Source: a virus
Lineage: Duplodnaviria > Caudoviricetes
Length of the DNA: 55,475 nt
Virus record (IMG/VR): IMGVR_UViG_3300025430_000028
Coordinates: 1 to 55,475 of that record
Strand: one strand, 5' to 3'
The notes beneath the pieces were generated by a model that was not told the origin of the DNA, made no database searches, and worked only from the letters and a program-made list of their open reading frames with translations. Of the stretch, positions 1 through 9,389 are shown in pieces (position 1 is the first letter of the stretch; every line of letters begins with the position of its first letter). A program made the position numbers and the translations under genes.

Positions 1-69
1 GAATGGAAAAAAATAATTAGGAAAAATAAAATATTACAACAAAAAATAAATAACCAAAACAAATAACCT

Positions 70-291
70 ATGACACCAAAAGAAAAAGCACAAGAATTGG
101 TAGATAAGTTTGCTGAAATTATTCCTATTGAAGATGCAGAACATGGAGAAACAGAATCTTATTTTATACAATACGAAAAAGCCAAACAATGTGCATTAAT
201 AGCAGTAGATGAAATATTAAGCGTAGTGTGGTATGTTCCTGTTGATACAGAATATTGGGAAGAAGTAAAACAAGAAATAGAAAACCTATAA
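70..291 (+). CDS. small phage hypothetical protein (MTPKEKA... type)
   Basis: 73 aa ORF with an A-rich start context; resembles small early proteins of Bacteroidota phages. Confidence 0.75.
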   Translation: MTPKEKAQELVDKFAEIIPIEDAEHGETESYFIQYEKAKQCALIAVDEILSVVWYVPVDTEYWEEVKQEIENL

Positions 292-300
292 AATTAAACC

Positions 301-477
301 ATGAAACAAGAAGAAAAAAAACCAGTAGAAATAACAAGGTTAGAAATAATAAACCATGCAAAGAATGATAAGCCTTTTGGTAGGTTATTAACTTTGTATA
401 AGGAGTTAGGAGATTTTGAAGTATTAGAAATAGTGTATCAAGATGGTAAAAGGACTTTAAAGATATTTTTAGGGTAA
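301..477 (+). CDS. hypothetical protein, 58 aa (not in ORF track)
   Basis: Hand translation MKQEEKKPVEITRLEIINH...YQDGKRTLKIFLG*, starting 9 nt after the previous stop. Confidence 0.7.
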   Translation: MKQEEKKPVEITRLEIINHAKNDKPFGRLLTLYKELGDFEVLEIVYQDGKRTLKIFLG

Positions 478-700
478 TATTATGAGCTGAATAATTTATT
501 TATTTGGCTCACTTTGTTACAAGAATTGTTACATTTTACCCTTACTTTGTTGCAAGATTATATAATTTAGGTACAACAGGATATTATAATTTTGCGAAAG
601 ATAGTGAAAACTGCTACTTTTTGCAAACTTTTTATACGTTAAAAGATATAATGTGTCATAAAAGGGATAAATTATATCTTAATGGGTATAATAAGGGATA

Positions 701-1252
701 TTATTTGAGCCGATAGTAGGTAAAATCATGTCTATTTACGGTATCTTCATTGGGCATTATGTATTTTTCGTAGGTTTTTCCGTACCATATTTCCTTAATG
801 CAATATTGGGGAACTGCTACTTTATGTATTCCTATGTATAATTTTATTCCTTTCCAAGATACTTTTATTTTACAAGGGGCGATTTGTCGGCAATGATTTT
901 CTAGGGCTAACCATGTTTTACGGTTGAGATTGGGGGTCTGCGGAAATGCGTTACATAGGTCGAACGAGTTATATTCATCTTCCTTGCTTCCATTCATATC
1001 GCTTGCATCTGCATTATGGCCAATATCATATCCTGAATGAGCATAATCTTTGGTTAAATTAGGTCTGTCTCCTGTTGCATGAAAGCCATTTTCCCTACCA
1101 ACGGCCTTAGTATGGGCAGAACATATCCATATTACTGAATCTGGTATTTTAGTATCTATGTTATAATAGCTAGTATATGCAGGATATTTTACTACTTCTT
1201 GTTGAGGGTAGATAGTATAGGGAATTAATATGGCGATTAGTAGTTTAAGCAT
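701..1252 (-). CDS. secreted DNA/RNA non-specific endonuclease (NucA/Serratia-type, His-Me finger)
   Basis: SGYDIGH motif (DRGH-like), NAFPQ..LN...W..LE motif, hydrophobic N-terminus. Confidence 0.85.
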   Translation of the reverse strand: MLKLLIAILIPYTIYPQQEVVKYPAYTSYYNIDTKIPDSVIWICSAHTKAVGRENGFHATGDRPNLTKDYAHSGYDIGHNADASDMNGSKEDEYNSFDLCNAFPQTPNLNRKTWLALENHCRQIAPCKIKVSWKGIKLYIGIHKVAVPQYCIKEIWYGKTYEKYIMPNEDTVNRHDFTYYRLK

Positions 1253-1760
1253 TGTATTTTATTGAGTTTACTCGATTAATCCACCCATCCAGAAATTTAG
1301 ATTGAGATGGATTGGCCGATACTATGTTATTGTATTTTTCTATTCTTTTTGCCTTTAATTTATTGAATAAGTCCTGTGGGTCATGTGCGTTTATAGCTGC
1401 AAGGGTCTTATTACCAAAAAGACCATCTATTGTAACTCCTACTATTTCTTGAATGTATTTTGTTATTGTGGGCTTCCCGTTATTTATTCCTCCATCTACT
1501 ATATATTCTGCTAGGGATTGGTTTTTGATAGCATCGGCCATAAAATAATCCCAATATAGCTTTTTATAAATGGCATAAGCATCATTTTTAGTTAAATTTT
1601 TTAAATCAGCACAAGTTTTAGTGGTATCTTTTGAGAAAGTCTTTAAATCATCTAGGATAATACCCATTTTAGTGCATCCTCCATTATCAGTAGGGTCATT
1701 TTCGTATGCAGTTCCTTCTGAATTTAGTATTTTAGGGAATAACAAAGAAAAGTCTGCCAT
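1245..1760 (-). CDS. endolysin, glycoside hydrolase family 108 with C-terminal peptidoglycan-binding domain
   Basis: EG..YENDPTDNGGCTKMGI N-terminal motif, DGLFGNKTL, FLDGWINRV C-terminus. Confidence 0.9.
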   Translation of the reverse strand: MADFSLLFPKILNSEGTAYENDPTDNGGCTKMGIILDDLKTFSKDTTKTCADLKNLTKNDAYAIYKKLYWDYFMADAIKNQSLAEYIVDGGINNGKPTITKYIQEIVGVTIDGLFGNKTLAAINAHDPQDLFNKLKAKRIEKYNNIVSANPSQSKFLDGWINRVNSIKYNA

Positions 1761-1762
1761 TA

Positions 1763-2335
1763 TTATAAAGGTTTAATTCCTGAATAAATTTTATAAGACG
1801 CATATCCAAAAACAATAACTGCAAAACATATTAAAGCCCCTATGTATTTTTTATTTGCTGATTGCGCCGATTGTAGCACAGATGCTTGAGTGGCTACCGT
1901 TTCTATATCTTGTATATGTATTTTTTCATCATTAGCTATCTGGGTATCAAGAATAGCTATTTTTTGGTTATCTGCAATAGTATCTACTCTTGTTATGGTC
2001 TTAATGGTTATAATGGGCTTTATTTGGGCGATTAGAGCCGATTTAACGCTGTCAATATTCATTTCCTTAACAATGGCTGTATTAGCTAATTTTTGTCTTA
2101 AATCACTTAATTGAGCCGTATCTTCAAAAACAACAATAGCCGTATCATTTCTACCTACTTTTACTTCTGTTGGCACACATGGGTACAATTTATTTACTTC
2201 TGGTGCTACTTTATCAATTAAAGCTCTGCTACCAAGTACTCTATCTAAGGCTTGTTGATTCTTCTTTTCGGTACTACACCCAAAAAAAAGTAACCCCACT
2301 ATAACTAGCAGGGTTATATTTTTAAATTTATTCAT
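1763..2335 (-). CDS. probable unimolecular spanin
   Basis: N-terminal lipoprotein signal (LLFFG-C) plus C-terminal TM helix (YIGALICFAVIVFGYASY); adjacent to the endolysin. Confidence 0.7.
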   Translation of the reverse strand: MNKFKNITLLVIVGLLFFGCSTEKKNQQALDRVLGSRALIDKVAPEVNKLYPCVPTEVKVGRNDTAIVVFEDTAQLSDLRQKLANTAIVKEMNIDSVKSALIAQIKPIITIKTITRVDTIADNQKIAILDTQIANDEKIHIQDIETVATQASVLQSAQSANKKYIGALICFAVIVFGYASYKIYSGIKPL

Positions 2336-2338
2336 TTA

Positions 2339-2605
2339 TTAAGCTTTTGGGGCGAATAATGCTTTTACCCATTTGATAATTAAATCTAAGACACCATTAG
2401 CAGGTACATATTGGCTAGGGATGATAGATAAAATTTCAGATACAATGGCTAAGATACCAGCAATTTTAGCTGCTACTGGCCAATGAGCTTCTGCTGCATC
2501 AATACCACCCTTAACAAATGCTACTGCGGTGCTATCTTGAGCTATTACGCTTCCTGCGATTAGTACCAAAATGATAGATAAAGATAATTTTAATGCTTTT
2601 TTCAT
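2339..2605 (-). CDS. small membrane protein (holin/antiholin candidate)
   Basis: Signal-peptide-like N-terminus ending VIA-Q, a second hydrophobic helix, lysis-cassette position. Confidence 0.55.
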   Translation of the reverse strand: MKKALKLSLSIILVLIAGSVIAQDSTAVAFVKGGIDAAEAHWPVAAKIAGILAIVSEILSIIPSQYVPANGVLDLIIKWVKALFAPKA

Positions 2606-2608
2606 ACT

Positions 2609-2806
2609 TTAAATTTTATGTTTGTTTATTTTTTTAGTTGCAAAATAGTAATATCTAATCGCAAATAATGATGCTATCAATCCAACAAGCCCTGAAAATA
2701 TACCAATAATTGTACCCAATTTAGCTAGAGACACAGCTCCAAAGAATATTGCTCCTATAATGGATATTAACCCTTGAAAGGTATCTTGAATGTGTTTGTG
2801 TAACAT
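2609..2806 (-). CDS. holin candidate
   Basis: 65 aa with two hydrophobic segments and a basic C-tail (KKINKHKI); lysis cassette. Confidence 0.6.
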   Translation of the reverse strand: MLHKHIQDTFQGLISIIGAIFFGAVSLAKLGTIIGIFSGLVGLIASLFAIRYYYFATKKINKHKI

Positions 2807-2860
2807 GGGCTTGTGCTTGAATGAATGAATGACATATTTTTGATTAAATAATAATAATTT

Positions 2861-3112
2861 TTACTTCTTTTCTTCTTTAGGCACTTGCGGTTGTAATTGG
2901 TCTACTAATTCTTTTTGAAACTTAGATAATGAATCACAAACTGGGTTAGCATACTTAGAAGGAGCATCTGAATTTTTAAGTAATTGTTTTGCTGCTTCGA
3001 TAAGTTGTAGTTTGTCATTCCAAGTTTTAGCATCATACTTCACCGTTAATTCTTTTTCTGCAAAGGCGAATAGTAGGATACAACCTAATACCAATAGTCC
3101 TGTTTTTTTCAT
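2861..3112 (-). CDS. small helical protein with signal peptide, fibre-associated position
   Basis: MKKTGLLVLGCILLFAFA-E signal; lies downstream of the fibre gene. Confidence 0.7.
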   Translation of the reverse strand: MKKTGLLVLGCILLFAFAEKELTVKYDAKTWNDKLQLIEAAKQLLKNSDAPSKYANPVCDSLSKFQKELVDQLQPQVPKEEKK

Positions 3113-3125
3113 AGTTTGTTTTTTT

Positions 3126-3479
3126 TTATTTTGTTGTTGGTGTTACGAATGTTACGTTAATTTGTTGTCCTGTAAAATAAAACGGATAGGTGTTACTTCC
3201 GTTCCATCCTTGATAATCTGCACCGCCAATAGTAGCATTACCATCTATATGAGTTGCTCCTGTAGAATCTACTAAAGCCCAATAAAGGGTGCAAGTAGTC
3301 TTTAAGTTATCAAAAATTGACCTTACCCCCAAATAAGTACAAGGGATAGTATCAGAGTATTTAGCCATTACAGGATTAATAGGACATACTGCAATACCAA
3401 AATGTTTAGTAGTATCTATTACTTGGCTTTTTGATTGAAAGGCGATTGCTAATAAGGCAATTACTAATAATTTTTTCAT
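3126..3479 (-). CDS. exported fibre-associated protein (possible chaperone/accessory); start corrected to ATG 3479
   Basis: MKKLLVIALLAIAFQSKS-Q signal peptide; the TTG start in the track overlaps a TAAATTTG promoter at 3498-3505. Confidence 0.7.
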   Translation of the reverse strand: MKKLLVIALLAIAFQSKSQVIDTTKHFGIAVCPINPVMAKYSDTIPCTYLGVRSIFDNLKTTCTLYWALVDSTGATHIDGNATIGGADYQGWNGSNTYPFYFTGQQINVTFVTPTTK

Positions 3480-3516
3480 AATTTGATTATTCTTTGACAA
3501 ATTTAATGTATTTTAT

Positions 3517-6500
3517 TTAATTTTTTATACGCTTTTGTAAATCTTCTACTTTTTTCTCTAATTCCTGAATTGCATTAATTAATATAGGCACTAAATTCTC
3601 ACTCTTAATACCCAAATATTCAGAATCTTTAGATATAGGTTTTACTATTTCAGGTATTACTTTCTGCACTTCTTGGGCTAATAATCCGTATGTTAAGTTT
3701 TCTTTATTAGCATCTGAATTATAGTAGAATTGTTTGGTATTTAGCTTCATTACTGCATCAAGACCATAATTTAATGGAGATATTGAGTTTTTAAGTCTTA
3801 TATCAGAAGGGTTAGTATTTGTCAAAAATCCACTACTTGAATATACTGTTCCTGTTCCTAAACTATTAACTACTGCTCCATTTAACCATGCAGTACCATA
3901 TACTTGAAATTTATATCCATTATCTGTAGTTGTTCCCACAAGTAAATTACCAGAACTTGTAAATCTCATGCCTTCTAATTGAGATGAACCATATTGCCAT
4001 ATGTGTGCTGTATTTGCAGAATAATAATTATATCCACTACCTACGTTATCTATTGCTACATATCCTGCTACTCCTACTGCTTTAAATGGTGTTACTCCTG
4101 CTGTAGAATTATTAATGTGTAATAATGCACTTGGACTTGTAGTACCTATACCTACATTGCCTGTGCTACCATCAATTCTAAATCTTTCTAGAGTAAGAGG
4201 AATTGAACCATTCCATTGTGTAGTAGATAAAGTAAAAATGCTTGAAGCAGCTCCACCTACAGGATTATATATATTTTTTAATACGATAGGATATTGAACT
4301 CCATTCCAAACTTGTGTTAAATTTAATTGAGATGAAGTTGAACTACTAGATGAGCCTAATATATTTACTACAGTTGGTCCTGCATCATTTCCTGTTCTAG
4401 TATTTCCAAAAATACCATCCGTTCCTGCCGTTACACTACTTGAGAATGTAGCAGCTCCTCCTGCACCTAATTTAAAAATAGTTGAATATGTTAATGAACT
4501 ATAACTTGATTGTGGACTTGACCATTGAAAAAGTAAATTGGCTGCATCAGCATCAGTATCATATCTAACTGAAAATCCTTGTGACGATGTTGCTCCTGCG
4601 TGACCTAAAAATTGCAATAATGCACCACCATTTGTAGTTGATTTGCTTCCATATAATCCTTCAAAAGAATAAGTTGCTCCTGAATAATAACTTCCAGTTA
4701 ACGAACCATTAAAACTTGTTGCATTTACACTACTTGAGAATGTAGCAGCTCCTGTGGAGGCTATGGTAAGTCTAGGAGTGCTACCTGTTTGTAAATTTAA
4801 TCCATTAGAATTTTGGAATATACCACTTACATAAGAACCTGCACCATTAAAAAATATACCTCCATTGCTATAAGTAAACATATCTGAATTAAAATAGCTT
4901 GTCCCATTAACCTGTAGCTTATACCCTGCATCTGTTTGGGTATTTATCAAAAAATTTCCAGAGCTTGTAAGTCTTGCCTTTTCAGTAGAAGTGTTTGAAT
5001 ATCCCAATAATAAGTTATTAGCACTATTCCATGTTATCGCAAAATCTCCTGCTACTGCTCCTGTAATATAGTTATTAGACTGAGTAGCCATCCCGTATAA
5101 AGCTGAGTATGTGGGGGATGCTATGTTATCCGCAAATCTTATCGAAGGTCCTGTTCCTGTTACCGCCATTTGGTTATCCGCACTTGCACTATAAACTACA
5201 AATCGCCTTCCACCATTAGTTGTAGTATTAACCATAAACCCTGTACCATCATCATAAGCTGTACTTGTATTAACAGTATTTGTTCCTGTCCATTTGGTTA
5301 TATAGTTAGTTGTTCCTGTTCCTGTTACGGGATTGGTAAGAGCATTTTGTTTATTATTAAAAGTATTCCAATCTGTAGAACTTAAATAACCATTACTACT
5401 TGTAGTTGCTTGTGAAATAGAAATAGCCGGAGTAGTACCACCCGAAGATGAAATAGGAGAAGTCCCTGTTACGCTTGTAACATAAGTTCCTGCTGCCTGA
5501 TATTGCGGAATATTTAAAACCCCTGTACTTGTAGTATAGGTAGCTGCTCCACTTGTTCCTGTTGTTGTTAAACTTATTGCATTTCTTGGATAGAATGTTT
5601 TATATCCTGCAAGCATCGAGGCAGTATCAGTATAATTAACCTTTAAAGCAGTAACACCTAAAACATTATTAAATCGAGGTTGTATTGTTGCAGTATCCGC
5701 ATTTAAAGCTACTATCCCTGTACGGTAGTTATTCAACATTGAGGCTGTATCAGTATAGTTTACTTTTGTAGCTACCACCCCTAATACATTATTAAATCGA
5801 GGTTGTATTGTAGCTGTATCTGCATTAAGGGCTATTATACCTGTTCTATAATTATTTAACATCGAGGCTGTATCAGAATACTTAACATCTACTCCTCTAC
5901 TACTATCTACATAATTTTTATCTACCTTAGTTCTTGAAGTATAAGATGACCCTAAATTTGAAGTATAAGTATCTAATCCCGAAGAATTAATTGTACCTGT
6001 AGTGCTAAACCCTGCTGTTCCTGCTGTGCTATTGGAAGGGAAGAAAACATGGACATCCCATTGACCTGCTGAAAAGCTATTAGATAATAAAATAACCTCA
6101 ACATATCCCCCCGAAGGAACTGTATATAACGCACCCCCACCATATTGTTGTATTGCTAAACCACCTGTAGCATTATTGTTAAATTGATAAGTATTTCCTA
6201 TTGCGATAGTTGTTGCATTGGGTAATACTATTGTAGTTGTAGTTGGTGCACCACTTGTTATATACCAGTTCTGTGATGATGAACTTGTCATATTAGTAGT
6301 AGAACCACCTGCTACCCCTGTTACTGCAGATTGAAACCCATTAGCTGAAACAAAACCTGTAAAATTAGCAGTAGTTCCATTTAAATTACCCGTTAAAGTA
6401 CCACCACTTAAAGGCAAATAACCGCCACTTACTGACCTTGTATAAGGTGCTAACATTGCAGCCGTATCACTATACTTAACTCTTGCAGCAATTTGAGCAG

Positions 6501-8046
6501 CTTGATAGATAGTATCGGCATTAAGAGCAATAATACCATTAAGATAATTATTAAGCATCGAAGCAGTATCAGTATAATTTACTTTTAAAGCTAAAGCTGC
6601 ATTAGCAGTTGCAGTCCTGTAATATGGACTAAGCATGGAAGCCGTATCTGTATAATTAACTTTAGTTGCAAGTTGCGTGTTAATGTAATTAAGCCGACCA
6701 TAAGGAGAAAGCATAGAAGCAGTATCGGTATATTTAACGTAATTTCCTAAAGCTGTAGTTCTTGCATAAGGGCTTAGCATTGAAGCTGTATCTGTGTACT
6801 TTACTCTCGCAGCAATTTGGGCTGCTTGGTAAACTGTATCTGCATTTAAAGCAATTATTCCTGTACGGTAATTTGCCAACATTGAAGCAGTATCGCTATA
6901 TTTTACAGCAGTTAAACTTCTTTGATAAGGAGAAAGCATACTAGAAGTATCTGTATATTTAACCCTAGCTGCAATCTGTGCTGCTTGATATACTGTATCA
7001 GCGTTTAATGCAATAATCCCATTTCTATAATTGGCTAGCATATTAGCTGTATCTGAAATATTAACTTTTAAATTAACATTAGCAGACACAGAATCTATAC
7101 CTTTTTGTCGCCATAATCTAGTAGAAATAACAGTAGTATCTATTGCAAGAGTTCCCGAAGTAGTAATTGTTCCACCTGTAATACCTGTATTGTTATTAGT
7201 AGCCACACTTGTAACTGTACCACCTGTAGATGGACTAGAGTTTGTTATAACACCTGTTGATGGGTTATAGCTTATTCCTGTTCCGGCACTAATCGCATTT
7301 CTAGGATAATAAGTCTTATACCCACTAAGCATTGAAGATGTATCAGAATACTTTACTAATGAAGGAAGCCATCCTAATGAAATCCATTTATTAGTAGTAT
7401 CAGATGTTAAGGCAAAAGTGCCACTATTATCAGGTAAATATATTGTTCTATTTGCTGTAATATTTGTTGCATATATCCCTGCTCCTACTAAAGAACTATT
7501 ATTTATAGTAATACCATATATATTTGAAGTTATCTGCCCATTGAATATTGTATTATAAGAAAATGTTTTATTCCCACCTATTGATTCATTACCTGTTAAA
7601 TGTACGACATTATTATTCCTTGCATAAGGGCTTAGCATTGATGCGGTATCTGAATATTTAACGTATGACCCTAATTGATATGTTTTAGCATATGGAGCTA
7701 ACATTGAAGCAGTATCGCCATATTTTACTAAGGAAGGCAACCAACCGCTACTTAACCATTTACCAGTTGTATCTACCTTTCTAAGATAAGGATTTAACAT
7801 TGAGGCTGTATCGGTATATTTAACATATCCTGATACATTTATTGGGGAAGTCCATTTAGTACCATCACATATATACATTGTATTATTGATGATAGCTATA
7901 CCATTAACCTTTAAATAAGACGTATCGCTAATTTGTAACGCTAATCTATTAAATGAATTACCATACGCTTGTGATGGTGTAAATTGTTGCCCTTTAGCGA
8001 TTACTAAAAAAACAAAACTAAATAATATTAAACATACTTTTTTCAT
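3517..8046 (-). CDS. long tail-fibre-like protein with signal peptide, DTASML repeats and C-terminal intramolecular chaperone (peptidase S74-type) domain
   Basis: SDIRLKNSI...GLLAQEV...AIQEL tail; GNVGIGTTSP/GAATFSSSV fibre repeats; N-terminal MKKVCLILFSFVFLVIAKG-Q. Confidence 0.85.
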   Translation of the reverse strand: MKKVCLILFSFVFLVIAKGQQFTPSQAYGNSFNRLALQISDTSYLKVNGIAIINNTMYICDGTKWTSPINVSGYVKYTDTASMLNPYLRKVDTTGKWLSSGWLPSLVKYGDTASMLAPYAKTYQLGSYVKYSDTASMLSPYARNNNVVHLTGNESIGGNKTFSYNTIFNGQITSNIYGITINNSSLVGAGIYATNITANRTIYLPDNSGTFALTSDTTNKWISLGWLPSLVKYSDTSSMLSGYKTYYPRNAISAGTGISYNPSTGVITNSSPSTGGTVTSVATNNNTGITGGTITTSGTLAIDTTVISTRLWRQKGIDSVSANVNLKVNISDTANMLANYRNGIIALNADTVYQAAQIAARVKYTDTSSMLSPYQRSLTAVKYSDTASMLANYRTGIIALNADTVYQAAQIAARVKYTDTASMLSPYARTTALGNYVKYTDTASMLSPYGRLNYINTQLATKVNYTDTASMLSPYYRTATANAALALKVNYTDTASMLNNYLNGIIALNADTIYQAAQIAARVKYSDTAAMLAPYTRSVSGGYLPLSGGTLTGNLNGTTANFTGFVSANGFQSAVTGVAGGSTTNMTSSSSQNWYITSGAPTTTTIVLPNATTIAIGNTYQFNNNATGGLAIQQYGGGALYTVPSGGYVEVILLSNSFSAGQWDVHVFFPSNSTAGTAGFSTTGTINSSGLDTYTSNLGSSYTSRTKVDKNYVDSSRGVDVKYSDTASMLNNYRTGIIALNADTATIQPRFNNVLGVVATKVNYTDTASMLNNYRTGIVALNADTATIQPRFNNVLGVTALKVNYTDTASMLAGYKTFYPRNAISLTTTGTSGAATYTTSTGVLNIPQYQAAGTYVTSVTGTSPISSSGGTTPAISISQATTSSNGYLSSTDWNTFNNKQNALTNPVTGTGTTNYITKWTGTNTVNTSTAYDDGTGFMVNTTTNGGRRFVVYSASADNQMAVTGTGPSIRFADNIASPTYSALYGMATQSNNYITGAVAGDFAITWNSANNLLLGYSNTSTEKARLTSSGNFLINTQTDAGYKLQVNGTSYFNSDMFTYSNGGIFFNGAGSYVSGIFQNSNGLNLQTGSTPRLTIASTGAATFSSSVNATSFNGSLTGSYYSGATYSFEGLYGSKSTTNGGALLQFLGHAGATSSQGFSVRYDTDADAANLLFQWSSPQSSYSSLTYSTIFKLGAGGAATFSSSVTAGTDGIFGNTRTGNDAGPTVVNILGSSSSSTSSQLNLTQVWNGVQYPIVLKNIYNPVGGAASSIFTLSTTQWNGSIPLTLERFRIDGSTGNVGIGTTSPSALLHINNSTAGVTPFKAVGVAGYVAIDNVGSGYNYYSANTAHIWQYGSSQLEGMRFTSSGNLLVGTTTDNGYKFQVYGTAWLNGAVVNSLGTGTVYSSSGFLTNTNPSDIRLKNSISPLNYGLDAVMKLNTKQFYYNSDANKENLTYGLLAQEVQKVIPEIVKPISKDSEYLGIKSENLVPILINAIQELEKKVEDLQKRIKN
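5600..7830 (-). repeat. imperfect protein-level repeats (V-K/N-Y-T/S-D-T-A-S-M-L-x-x-Y), about 15 copies, in the fibre gene
   Basis: Counted by hand in the translation; the DNA copies inspected differ largely at synonymous positions. Confidence 0.9.
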
Positions 8047-8063
8047 AAACTTAATTACTGTTT

Positions 8064-9389
8064 TTATGGCAAATAAATAGTACCCATATCTTCTATTACA
8101 CCTGTTGCATTATAAGTTACAGTTCCAGTACCACCTGTTTTTACTGTTTTTATATTTATAGTATCCCCTTGTATTGAATTTATAATTATACTTGGGTATG
8201 TATAAAAATTAGCAGTACTAAAGCTGCCTAATACTATAGTTCTTGCAGTTCCTCCTTCATCATTAAAATTAACTACTACATTATATGTATTTAAACTATC
8301 TGCAATTACATTTATATTAACGTTTATTCTATAAGCATGAACATTACTAGGAAATGGTACTGTATATGATACAATACTTGCTAATGTATCTAAATTATCA
8401 GGTACTAAAGCTTCTGCTACTATAATCGGGGCGTTTGGTATGTCAGAAACCAAAGCTACTGTTCCTGTATTATCAGGAAATGTATAAGTATTACTAGAAG
8501 TTGCAGGGAATAATATAGAAGGAGAACCACCACCATTTAACCCAAAATTAAGACCTTCAAATCCAGTAGTGCTTGTACTATGAAATGTAGTATATCCTGA
8601 AATAGTTGATAAAGAGCCTGATGTAGATAATGCGAATGATTTATTTGAAATTATATTACTATCACTACGTAGATTATTTTTAAATCTACCAATCCCATTT
8701 ACATCTAACATGTATGTGCTAGGATTTGAAGTATAACCAACGGCCACATGATTACTACCATCATCTTGCATAATACTATTTGATAATCCTGTTGAGCTTG
8801 ACCATTTAGGTATAAATGCAGTAGTTCCCGAACCAGTTACCGTACCTGATGGGACTGAATATTGAGGAACATTTAAAACACCTGTAGATTGATTATATGT
8901 TGCAGCTCCGCTACTACCTGTAGTTGTTAATGATAAAGAAGCTCTTGGATAATAACTTTTATATCCATTTAGCATGGATGTTGTATCTGAATACTTAACT
9001 GATTGATTTGATATATATGCAATACTATCTACTACTTTTGTAGTATATGCTTTGGTACTAATTGACGTAGTATCAACACTAAAATTAGCACTAGCTAGTT
9101 TAAGACCATAACCATTAGTATAAGCTCCTCCATTATTACCTCCAAATGGCTTCCAGCTTTTACCTGTATATACGTATAATGTACTATCTGATAATCTAAA
9201 AGTAGATGCTCCTAGTCTATATGGCTTAAATGTAGTATCTCTTATTGGATTGAAAAAACCTGAATCGCATTGTAAATATTGCGTAAAATCATACCATTTG
9301 CCATTAAATAAAGTAGGAAGTCCTGTTGGGGACTGAGAATATCCTGCTATACTCACTAGGATGAATAAAATTAAAAATATTTTTTTCAT
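8064..9389 (-). CDS. second fibre-like protein with signal peptide, partly paralogous to the 1509 aa fibre
   Basis: MKKIFLILFILVSIAGYS-Q; shares the YPR.SLTTTG.SGAATY..STGVLN.PQY and VTG.GTT..I.KW segments with the long fibre. Confidence 0.75.
   Translation of the reverse strand: MKKIFLILFILVSIAGYSQSPTGLPTLFNGKWYDFTQYLQCDSGFFNPIRDTTFKPYRLGASTFRLSDSTLYVYTGKSWKPFGGNNGGAYTNGYGLKLASANFSVDTTSISTKAYTTKVVDSIAYISNQSVKYSDTTSMLNGYKSYYPRASLSLTTTGSSGAATYNQSTGVLNVPQYSVPSGTVTGSGTTAFIPKWSSSTGLSNSIMQDDGSNHVAVGYTSNPSTYMLDVNGIGRFKNNLRSDSNIISNKSFALSTSGSLSTISGYTTFHSTSTTGFEGLNFGLNGGGSPSILFPATSSNTYTFPDNTGTVALVSDIPNAPIIVAEALVPDNLDTLASIVSYTVPFPSNVHAYRINVNINVIADSLNTYNVVVNFNDEGGTARTIVLGSFSTANFYTYPSIIINSIQGDTINIKTVKTGGTGTVTYNATGVIEDMGTIYLP

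Noticed and set aside
504-716. 70 aa plus-strand ORF at the convergence point
   Set aside because: TTG start, poor context, no recognisable features, and it overlaps the nuclease end; probably non-coding.
5600-7830. Fibre repeats as a DGR template/variable repeat pair
   Set aside because: No reverse transcriptase in the window; the repeats are in frame and the differences seen are largely synonymous rather than adenine-specific.
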